Source: Vicugna vicugna
Taxonomy: Eukaryota
DNA length: 64,000 nucleotides
Direction of reading: 5' to 3'
Assembly (NCBI GenBank): GCA_013265495.1
Contig: MU058687.1
Coordinates: forward strand, 620,001 to 684,000
The translations under genes were made by a program, and so were the position numbers. Positions 54,156 to 64,000 of the stretch are shown one piece after another; the first letter of the stretch is position 1, and each line of letters opens with the position of its first letter. The notes under the pieces were generated by a model that was not told the origin of the DNA, made no database searches, and saw only the letters and a list, made by a program, of their open reading frames with translations.

Positions 54156-57100
54156 GTCAGTAAACTAAGATGTTTCCTCAAAATTTGGAAGGGTGGGTGC
54201 CTCATGCAGCTTGGAGGCCCCCGGGGTGTGAGGGGGTAGACTTGGGACACCAGTGGGCCCAAAGACTAAGGAGTGACTCTGAAGATGCTGCAAGAGTGCA
54301 TGTGTGCGGGTGCATGTGTGCGGGTGAGGGTGTGTAGAGGAAGGTGAGGCTTTGTTTCAAGTTCTCTCTCCCCACCCCCACCTCCAGGCCCTTCCCCACC
54401 CCCTCTCTCCTGCCTATCTCCCCTCCCCACCCAGCACAATGATCTGGCCTCGGCCCCTCCCCAGACTCCCAGTGGTTCCTGAGTTGGGTCCCTTGTTTCA
54501 GATGGCCCCAGCCAGCCAGCTCTTTTGCCAGCCGCCCATGGCCTCCTGGTGGCCTGCACTGCTACCCCTCATGGGCCACACTCCCCATTCTCTTTCCCTT
54601 CCAGACACGTGGTCCACTAGAGCTACTAAACTTGGTAACTCCCAAGGTGTGATTGACTCGGCGACCTCAGACCTATCTCAGTGCCCTCAGGCGCTCCCGC
54701 TGCCCTTGGTGGTGGGAGGTTCCTTGGGAAGTCACAGCCATGAGATTCTCCTGCCACCAAGCCCAGTGGCCGTCCATGCCCTGTGGGGCCTCCTGGCCAC
54801 CGGGGAAAAAGCCAAGATGGCTGGCGCTCCCTTGAGCCAGGGGCGCAGCCTGGGGGCCAGGCCAGTGTAACTGGGGGACTGGAGGGCAGGCCAGAGAGGC
54901 ACGGAGCCAGGTGGGGTGAGAGGCCAGCTGGCCTACCATGATCTTAGCCAGCCTTCCTGAGGCCTGCGTGGCCCTCCCTCATGCTAGTAGGTCCTGACTG
55001 GCTGTAGACTACAGAGCCACTTTATGAGGGATGAAAAGAGGGGGGCTGAGGAGAACATGCGGTCCTTGGTGAGTGGATGCAGAGCCCAGGATGAGGCTGG
55101 CAGGCAAGGTGTTCTAGAGGCCAGAGACTTTAACCAGCATTGTGTCAGCAGATCCCTTGGCCCATTCTTCCCTTGCCCTGCCAGAGCCCTGGCTCACCCT
55201 TTTAAAATGCAAGGGACAGAGGCCAAACCTGGGCTCTGAGACCCCATCTGCTTGAAATGAGAGTGGGGGAGGAGGAAAGCGGGCCTTGGTGAAGGTGAGG
55301 CTTTGAGTCACCTGCAGAGTTGCCTGTGTCCGTTCATTCATTCCTTGGCTTCAGAGTCCTTAGGTGCTAAGGTGCTGGCTGGACGCTTTTTGGATGTCCT
55401 GTTTTCTCCCTTCCAACCTCCAGCCAGGGGAGCCTGCAGAGTCTGAGGAGCCCTGCCTCCTTGGTTTCATGCCTTTTTAGATCCCTTCCAAGAATTGTGG
55501 GGCCAGCGGAGGCCAGCTGGGCAAAGCCCCTAGATTAACTTTTTTTCTGCTCCTTTTCCATGAAGGCACCTGGTAAACTCTAGATCGGCTCTGCCATCGC
55601 GGAAAAGACTGTTCCACCTGAACCCCATCAACCAATTGTCTACTTAAGTATGGTTAGCTTCCCCATAGCGCCTCTGGCCTTTCCCCGCTGCCCCAGTCTC
55701 CTCTGGTCCAGACCCACCTTTGTTGATGCGAGGTGCAGAGTGTGTCCAGGGAGCTACGTTTCCTCAGCAAGCTCTTGAGGATAAAAAGAAGTAGGGTATT
55801 ACCTACTCATATCTTCTCTTACCTCTTTGGGGAAGAGGAAGGAATGAAATAGGGTGGAGTGGGGTGGGACTGGGACCAGGAAGAGTAGGTAGGGTGGGAC
55901 GGGGAGGGGACGGAGTGGGGTGGGGTTTGCACAGGAAGAAATGTGGTATATCTGGACATGTTGGAAGGTGTTTGGATACTGCTGCGTGAATTCAGGCAAG
56001 TCATCTTTACCTTTCTGGACCTCTATTTCCTTATTTGTAAAATGACCAGGTTTGTCTCAAAGTCCCAGGAATCCATGTGTTTCTGCATTCTGTGCATGAT
56101 GAGCATTTGGGGCCATGTATTTCCCTGGGTGGTGGAATTTTAGGGGTTAGGAAGGTAGCTGTGGCATCAGATTGCTTAGGTTTTGTGGCTTCAATAGCTA
56201 TGTGGTCTTGGAAAGGTTACTTAACTCCCAAGCCTCCGTTTCTCCAGGTGTGAACTAGGAGTTGCCATCCTAGTGGAAGTGCAGGTGTGATGGAGTTGTA
56301 GGTTCATGTGGAAGAAAAGTGAGAACCACGTATAAATAAAATTACCTCAGAAAAGCATCCAAATGCTCACTCAATGTTAATCCCACAGAAATTTGTAATC
56401 ACTCAAGGGAACGTTATGCTCTGCTCATGGAGTGGAAGGGCAGGAGGAATCCCCCACACAATTTAAATTAATTGTCCCCTCTTAATTTTTTTTCTGTGAA
56501 ATTTTGGTTGAATCACCTAAGTTAAATGCATATAGTGAGCAGCAGGTAAATGGTGGCTATTTTCATAATTTTGTTTGCAAAATATCTAGCAGAGCAGAGC
56601 GCTCATTTATATGCAGCTGTAGAACAGCGTTCAACAAGTGACATGCAAGAAAAACAAAAAAAGCCCAGCATCTTTGTTGTTTGCCAGAATGAAAAAGCTC
56701 TTCTGTGTGTACAGTGTGTTCCTCAGGGCTTAGTTTTTTATCGTGTATGGAAGTGCTCCCAGTGAAGTTTATCTCCTGAGTCCAAAAAAAACTTAACAAT
56801 TAAAAAAAAAAGTAAATATAAAGTATATAAAAGACAAACAGATTAAAAGCCCAATTCCAGGGTCAAATAATGTGATGCAAATAGAAATTTGGTGAGAGGT
56901 TAGACGAGATTTGTTACAATAAACCCATTAAAAAAAAAACACTACAGGCAAGGAATTTTATCTAAAGGTGATTCTGATTACTTGTTTTTAAAAAGCTTTC
57001 TTTTTTATGATTATCAAGTAAAATTATGGTGGTACAGCTTTGGTTCTTTAAAACTTTTTTCAAGTCTGCTGAACCATAATTTACACTCAAACACCTCCCT

Positions 57101-57636
57101 TGAAAGAATTCAAAACATCCCTTTTAAGTGTGCAGTTCAATGAGTTGACAAATATATACACCCAAACAATTTTTAAACCTAAGGCTAATCTAAAGGAATT
57201 TAATGAACTCTGAGAACAAAAATCTGAGAAAGGATAATGGTCTCCTTTTTAATTTAAAAACAGTGCCCACAGAGGAATATAACTCTGCTTTGCAATACAA
57301 CACTGAAAACCTACGAGTAATTAGGATGATTAGTTTGTATTGAAAGGTGGCTGGCATGTTAAACTGCAGTAGATGAATCACAGGCCTTAAAGAGCATCTG
57401 GTTTCAACTCCTGGCTACACCACTTAGGTGAGGACTTGGGCAAATTGGGCAAATGAGCCTAACTTTGATTGTCTCAGTTTTTTCACCTGTAAATTGGCGC
57501 TAATGGTAGTATCCATCTTAAAGTTCAGCTGCCAGGATTAGGACAGTGCAATGGCAAATAGTAAATCAGTTATTAGATCTATGTCAACACAGTGGCTAGG
57601 CTGCTGCTACCCCTTTGAAAAGACTTTGTTCCAGGG

Positions 57637-59090
57637 CAGCAGTTCTCAAACTTTTTGCTCTCAGAACTCCTGTGAGCTCTTAAAAATGAAAAACTCTGAA
57701 GAGCTTTTGTTTCTATAGGTTACGTCTGGTCAATGTATGTTACATTCAAAATGAAAATTAAGACATTTAGAAAAGACTTATTTATTAAAAAAGAAAAAAC
57801 CTGTCACACAGTAGCAAATAATAGTTTTTGTTAGAAAAAAAAACAACAAAACTTTTCCAGGACAAAAAATTTAGTGAGGACAGTGCATTCTTTTAAATTT
57901 TTCAAATCTTTGTACTTACCTGGTTTGACAAAAGATAGGTTCCCACCTGCCTCTACATTCAATCTGTTGTGATTATTCTGGTAGAAGAATAAGGAGAAAA
58001 TCCAACTTCATCCAGACATGTAGATGGACAGAAGAAGAGTATTTTGATAGCTTTTCCAGTGGATATCTTTTTTTTCTTGGTGGTGAAGGGAAGTGCAGCC
58101 TTTTCTGTAAAGGCACCAATATAAGGAGGGCGCGTGGCTCGTGCTCTGAAACCCCAAACTCAGTGGATATTCTTTGATAACTACACCAAAACTTGACAAG
58201 TGGTGGTTCCTCAAAGCTTTGTCATAATGCAGAATCTGAAACAGTATCCAGCAACTTTTGTACACTATTAAAATCCATTGTTTTCTTTTCTCTTTTGAAT
58301 GGATCTTTTACCCATGCACCACCCATGGGTTATTTGTGAAATATGATTCATTTAAGTGATGCAGATCTCCAAATGTTGACCATCACATTAAGTAATATAA
58401 AAAGTTACATTTGTTAGTGTCACAACTGATCCCATCAGAAAAATCTTTAGGTATTGGGAAGCTGTCAAGTTCACTGTAGTGGATATAGTTTTTCCAAAAT
58501 TTTGATTTTCAAATGAAAGCTCAAAAATTTTCACTGGCCATAAATAGTAGTTTTCCTTGAAGTGACAGGCTCATGTTACTCATTTTTGAGAAAATCCCTG
58601 CCAAATGTACCCAAGTTCAAATGACTAATGCCTCTCAATCTTTCCTTCAAGTAAGGATGATATTCCATGAAAAAGCAGCCAGTTTCATCATACAACCCAG
58701 ACCGTTGTTACTCATGTATTATGCTTCAGTGCACAGCAGATGCTCTGGGTACCCCTGTCTTGTCACTCCCAATATTGAAAAGCCAAGTATTTAAGAGTTG
58801 TGATTAGAAAATAGTAATAATCTTTGTTGTGTCATCAAGGACATTTTTGAGTGAAGTAGCTTTCTTTTTCCTAACTGCAACTACACGGTGGTGAAGAACA
58901 ATGCTTTCTAGTTCGATTCATGCTAAGGTACTAGTTTTACTCAAATGTTAAAACAATGAAAAAGGCAAATCACAGTGTTGTTATCTTAGTGTATCTTAGT
59001 ATTTTCATGAAAATGGTTTAACTTGCAACCCCCTCTGAATAAGTCTCAGGGAACCCCAAGGGTCCATGGAACATACTTTGAGAATCACTG
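57637..59090. mobile_element. Charlie1-type hAT transposon in VRTN intron 1
   Basis: TIRs CAGCAGTTCTCAAA / TTTGAGAATCACTG; 8-bp TSD TTCCAGGG (57629-57636) / TTCTAGGG (59091-59098). Confidence 0.9.
58071..58160 (-). mobile_element. short polyadenylated retro-insertion resembling an ERV LTR R-region end
   Basis: About 90-bp GC-richer insert with an A tail on minus; TSD CAGTGGATAT at 58057-58066 and 58161-58170. Confidence 0.75.
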
Positions 59091-59655
59091 TTCTAGGGAA
59101 AGGCAGACCAATTTTGGCTGTATGTGATTGTCAGTCTTTAACAGGTACAGAGTTACAGCTTTTATACCTGTACTCTATAATGCGTACGGTACTAGATGAT
59201 ACTCTAATGTATAATAGCTACCACTTCTATAATACTTTACTGTGTACCCCAGGTACTTTTCTAAGGATGAATGGAGATATATATATACCCGTTTATCTCC
59301 ATCCTTTACTTTCATTGTCTCATTTATACCCACAGCAATCCACAGCAATCCTATAAAGTAGATACTTTTATCATTGTCCTCATTTTAACAGAAGCATAGA
59401 GTGGTTGAGTGACTTGTTCAAGCTAATGTGAGAACCAGAATTCAAAGCCAGGCTCCAAGACCAAGCTCTTCCTTAGCACCACGGAGTAATTAAGCCCCAG
59501 GAGGCACCTAGCCATTATCTGCTGTGGGGGAATGGGAGTAGATGGGCATTATGTTGAGGGAGAAGGCACAGGAGTGGATGAGGCACCATTGCTGGGTATC
59601 ATATGGGGACCTCGTCTCGTCTTGACCTCTGCCCTCCCTTCTTTGCCTCGGCAGG

Positions 59656-61797
59656 ATGACATCTCGAGAGCAGCTGGTGCAGCAGGTGCTGCAGGAGCTG
59701 CAGGAGGCAGTGGAGTCCGAGGGCCTGGAGGGTCTTGTTGGTGCTGCTCTGGAGGCCAAGGAGGTCCTGTCTTCCTTTGCTCTCCCCACCTGCCGGGAAG
59801 GAGGCCCTGGCCCCCAGGTGCTGGAGGTGGACTCAGTGGCCCTGAGCCTGTATCCAGAGGATGCTCCCCGGAACATGTTGCCGCTGGTGTGCAAGGGTGA
59901 GGGCAGCCTGCTGTTTGAGGCGGCCAGCATGCTGCTGTGGGGCGACGCAGGTCTCAGCCTGGAGCTGCGGGCCCGCACCGTGGTGGAGATGCTGTTGCAC
60001 AGGCACTACTACCTCCAAGGCATGATCGACTCCAAGGTGATGCTGCAGGCTGTGCGCTATTCCCTGTGCTCTGAGGAGTCTCCCGAGATGACCAGCCTGC
60101 CGTCTGCCACGCTAGAGGCCATCTTTGATGCAGACGTCAAGGCCACCTGCTTTCCTAGCAGCTTCTCCAACGTGTGGCACTTGTATGCCCTCGCCTCTGT
60201 CCTTCAGCGCAACATCTACTCCATCTATCCCATGCGCAACCTCAAGATCCGGCCCTACTTTAACCGCGTCATTCGGCCCCGCCGCTGTGACCACATGCCT
60301 GCCACGCTGCACATCATGTGGGCTGGCCAGCCCATCACCAGCCACCTCTTCCGCCACCAGTACTTTGCCCCCGTGGTGGGGCTGGAGGAGGTGGAGGTTG
60401 AAAGTGCCACCACTGGGCTGGCCCCGACTCCTCCAGCCCTGGCCTCGCTGCCCCCGCCTGCCAAGACCCTGGAGCTGCTCAACCGGGAACCCGGCCTCAG
60501 CTATTCCCACCTCTGTGAACGCTACAGTGTCACCAAGAGCACCTTCTACCGCTGGCGGCGGCAGTCCCAGGAGCACCGGCAGAAGGTAGCCACCCGCTTC
60601 TCAGCCAAGCACTTCCTGCAGGACAGCTTCCACCACGGGGGCGTCGTGCCACTGCAGCAGTTCCTCCAGAGGTTCCCCGAGATCTCCCGCTCCACCTATT
60701 ATGCCTGGAAGCACGAGCTCGTGGGCTCTGGCGCCTGCCAGGCCCTGGCCTCCAAGGAGGCTCTGGCGATGGAGGAGCTGGAGAAGCTGCCGGAGGAGCA
60801 GGTTACCGAGGGGCTGGGATGCTCCTCGCCGGCAGCGTCAAGCCCTGGAATGGTCTTAATGCAGCGGGCCAAGTTGTACCTGGAGCACTGCATCTCCCTG
60901 AATACACTGGTACCCTATCGCTGCTTCAAACGCAGGTTCCCTGGCATCTCCCGGTCCACCTACTACAACTGGCGCCGAAAGGCCCTCCGAAGGAACCCCA
61001 GCTTCAAGCCAGCACCAGCCCTCTCAGCGGCCGGGGTGCCTCAGCCAGCATCTGTTGGGGAGAAGGCCTTACCCCTTTGCAAGGATGAGGCAGGAGAGGG
61101 GGCAGGGAAAGCAACAGGTGGGGGACCACCCGCCCCCCGGGAGTTCTTGCCTCTGAGGATGCCCCTGTCCCGCTGGCAGAGGCGTCTGCGCAGGGCAGCC
61201 CGCAGGCAGGTGCTGAGTGGGCACCTCCCCTTCTGTCGCTTCCGTCTCCGCTATCCAAGCCTGTCACCCTCCACCTTTTGGGTCTGGAAGAGTCTTGCCC
61301 GGGGTTGTCCCAGAGGCCTGTCCAAGCTCCATATACAGGCCCCCACTTTGGGCAAAGGGGGCATGCAGGAGGCAGAGGAGAAGCAGGAGAAAGAAGCTGG
61401 CAGGAATGTGACAGCTGTCATGGCCCCACCTGCAGGGACCCCACAGGTGGCAGCTTCTTCAGGAGAGGATCCTGGGAAGGCCCTGGGAGGGCCTTCCAGA
61501 GAGGGGGCCCTGCAAGAAGGGGCTGCGGCCCAGGGCCGGCCCCCCAGTGGGTCTCTGACCAGCCATCCTGTGGTGGCAGAGGCAGTGGGTGGCGGAGACG
61601 GCCAGGTGCTGGTGATGGACATGCTCGCCACCACAAAGTTCAAGGCCCAGGCCAAGCTGTTCCTGCAGAAGCGCTTTCAGTCCAAGAGCTTCCCCTCCTA
61701 CAAGGAGTTCAGTGCTCTCTTTCCCCTCACTGCCCGCTCTACCTACTACATGTGGAAGCGTGCCCTCTATGATGGCCTCACCCTGGTCGATGGCTGA
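59656..61797 (+). CDS. VRTN: vertnin (vertebrae development associated), single coding exon, 713 aa
   Basis: Intact 713-aa ORF MTSREQLVQQVLQELQEAVESEGLEGL...YMWKRALYDGLTLVDG matching recalled VRTN; pyrimidine tract plus CAG acceptor ending at 59654; expected synteny next to ABCD4. Confidence 0.98.
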   Translation: MTSREQLVQQVLQELQEAVESEGLEGLVGAALEAKEVLSSFALPTCREGGPGPQVLEVDSVALSLYPEDAPRNMLPLVCKGEGSLLFEAASMLLWGDAGLSLELRARTVVEMLLHRHYYLQGMIDSKVMLQAVRYSLCSEESPEMTSLPSATLEAIFDADVKATCFPSSFSNVWHLYALASVLQRNIYSIYPMRNLKIRPYFNRVIRPRRCDHMPATLHIMWAGQPITSHLFRHQYFAPVVGLEEVEVESATTGLAPTPPALASLPPPAKTLELLNREPGLSYSHLCERYSVTKSTFYRWRRQSQEHRQKVATRFSAKHFLQDSFHHGGVVPLQQFLQRFPEISRSTYYAWKHELVGSGACQALASKEALAMEELEKLPEEQVTEGLGCSSPAASSPGMVLMQRAKLYLEHCISLNTLVPYRCFKRRFPGISRSTYYNWRRKALRRNPSFKPAPALSAAGVPQPASVGEKALPLCKDEAGEGAGKATGGGPPAPREFLPLRMPLSRWQRRLRRAARRQVLSGHLPFCRFRLRYPSLSPSTFWVWKSLARGCPRGLSKLHIQAPTLGKGGMQEAEEKQEKEAGRNVTAVMAPPAGTPQVAASSGEDPGKALGGPSREGALQEGAAAQGRPPSGSLTSHPVVAEAVGGGDGQVLVMDMLATTKFKAQAKLFLQKRFQSKSFPSYKEFSALFPLTARSTYYMWKRALYDGLTLVDG

Positions 61798-62670
61798 CAG
61801 GGAGGTGTGATGGGCTGGGAGGAAGGGGACCACTTTGGAGGGGGTCAGGGACCTGAGTTGCCCACTGGCTTGGCCAGGATCCCTTTTGCTCCTACAGTGT
61901 CTACCCTGAATCCAAGGGCAGATTTGTGTTTCTCCCTAGCTCCAGGGCAGAGAGAACCAGAGGTCAGCCGTCTGGCCTCCTGCAGAGACTACAGGGCCGG
62001 AGATGTTCTCTTCAGTTGTTTACTGTTCTTATTTTTATTGTTGTGTCTTGGTTTTAGTTTTTGTTTTGATTTGAGTGGGTTGGCTGGGCCCCCTTGCTGA
62101 TGTTGGAAGCTGTATGTGTGGGGATCTGAAGGGGGGGTTGGTTAGCTAAATCTGCTTTCAGCTTTTCCTGGGGACAAAAGGAGTATTGTAGCCTGGCCAT
62201 CTGTCCGATTGGGCAGAATATGTCTTCAGTTCCTTTTGGGGGTTGGCACCCTCCTGACTCAAAGAGATTTCCCAAAAGAACATTAGAAATCAAGTGTGGA
62301 GCAGGTCAGCGGCTTCTGCCTGGCGGCCCTAAGGGAGAGGGTGTCAGGCTCAGTGTGAGTGGGAGCAGGGACCTGTCTGTATAGGAAGAACCAAGACTGG
62401 CCTCCGAGGGAAGGTCCTGAGCCAGATTGCTGAGGGCTGGCCCATCTCCTGGCTGGGAGAGAGGGCCTTGGGTCTCTGCTTGCTGGTGCTTGGCCCATCT
62501 GCATGGACCCTGCAGTCCTCAGCCAGCCTGGCTGGCTCTTGGGGACGCCTGTCTTTCTGTTGAGCCTCTCCTTAAAGCCTGTGCTCCATCTGCAGTGATG
62601 GACCACACAAGGCCAGGCAGGAGAGAGACTGAGTTTGCGTTGTCCAAGAGTGAAGTTGGAAAATCAAAGA

Positions 62671-62676
62671 AATAAA
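62671..62676 (+). terminator. VRTN polyadenylation signal AATAAA
   Basis: AATAAA about 875 nt after the stop, followed by a GT/T-rich downstream element (ttggtttctggtatttgttttg). Confidence 0.8.
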
Positions 62677-64000
62677 GTGATATGGTGCTCACAGCTCTTG
62701 GTTTCTGGTATTTGTTTTGCCATATGTGACTGCCTGTTCCCACGTTTCCCTTTGGTTCAAGGGTACTGAGAGTGATCAAGTCTCTCCCTTGTTGCTCCCA
62801 GTTCCAAGGCTTGGAGGATGGAGGTGATTACTCTGGGGATTCTGCTTAGAATTGGATGTTGACTTTGAGTGTTCTTCCAGCTGGGGGCAGGGCTATGGCT
62901 GCCTGGAAAGATACTTCCCAACACTGGGAGAAAACTGTCCAACTCAGTGGGCTCAGAGGCCAGGCCAGCATGAGCGTCCATCTGTGTCAGGCTTCTGTTT
63001 AGTCCTTGCAATGCACCAGGCAGGCGAGACCCAGCCATAGGTAAGGAAACCGAGCCTCAGCGTGGTTCACTTGCATGCCCCCTCCAGCGGGGCTGAGTGT
63101 TAAGGTCAGGCCTTTGCTTATTGGGATGTGACATCCTTGAGGAAAGGCCATCCTTAGGCCCTTTTTGCCTGTGTCTAGGTATCCTGTCCTCCTCCTGGCC
63201 TTGGGGAGTCATTCTTGGTTCTGCTATTTTTTCACCCCCATGTCCAATCCATCAGCAAGTCCTGTTGACTCTGACTCTAAGTATGCCCTCTATCCTCCCC
63301 TTCACGCTGCTGCCATCACCATCTCTCCTGGCTCACATCTCAGTTTCCTACCTGCCTCTTCTCTGCCCCATACTATCCATTCTCCAGAGGGCAGCCTGAG
63401 AGATCTTTAAGTGAAATCTGATTGTCACTTTTCCTGTCTAAAATGTGTCAATGGCTTCCCTTCACTCTTAGAATTCTTTGTGCTGCCTTACAAAGTCCTT
63501 TGTAAACTGGCCCCTGACTTCCTACTTCCTGCCTCTCTTGCCTTTACCCACCACATCCAGCCACACTGGCTGCCCCTGATCTTGAATGAGCTACACTGAC
63601 TCTTGCTTTTGTGTTTGTTCCTTTGGCCTAGACAGTGTCTTTCCCTGTCATCTTCACAGGGAAGGCTCTGTACCATTCAGATCTGAGTCACTACCACATA
63701 TCCCTTCTGTGTTCTCTACGTGTGCTTAGTCCCATCTGTTTTTGTTGTTTATTTGCTTATTTGATTGTCCCCTCTCCCTTCCCCCGTTTCGGTCATAAAC
63801 TCCATGAAAAGCAGGGCTCTCCCCTGACTAGCTTACACCACTGTATTCTCAGCAGGTAGATGAGTTTCTGACACACAGTAGGTGCTACATTTTGTTGAAA
63901 GAAGGAAGGAATGAAATGGGACCACTATGATTTTCTGCTGTTACACTCTGGCATTTGTTTTTATCAAGTCTAATCCTAAATATTCCTCATGGGTCAGTTT

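Overview
Mammalian genomic DNA, most likely camelid: four copies of a tRNA-derived SINE resemble the camelid Vic-1 family as I recall it. The window covers the ABCD4-VRTN locus. The minus strand carries a complete, intact 19-exon ABCD4 (lysosomal cobalamin ABC transporter; CDS 33946->20076, 1821 nt, 606 aa, all introns GT-AG) with a CpG-island promoter. The plus strand carries VRTN (vertnin) as one coding exon (59656-61797, 713 aa), with a probable non-coding first exon ending at 54155. The rest is repeat-rich: a two-LTR, coding-dead class I ERV (5640-11893, minus) with a tRNA-Arg-like PBS, solo LTRs, L1/L2/MIR fragments, DNA transposons and SINEs. The best leads beyond the two genes are: (1) a frameshifted RALGDS-derived fragment at 12825-13660 that keeps a splice acceptor and has an expanded Pro/Glu repeat; (2) a uORF-rich VRTN leader with a spliced 102-aa ORF overlapping the VRTN start; (3) vertnin read as a degenerate OTU fold plus five HTH-like repeats; (4) a polyadenylated LTR-like retrocopy nested in a Charlie transposon in VRTN intron 1; (5) a stop-free, in-frame 78-nt intron in ABCD4. 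Family names and comparisons with human proteins come from memory, not from a database search. I found no demonstrably new biological system; these are leads.
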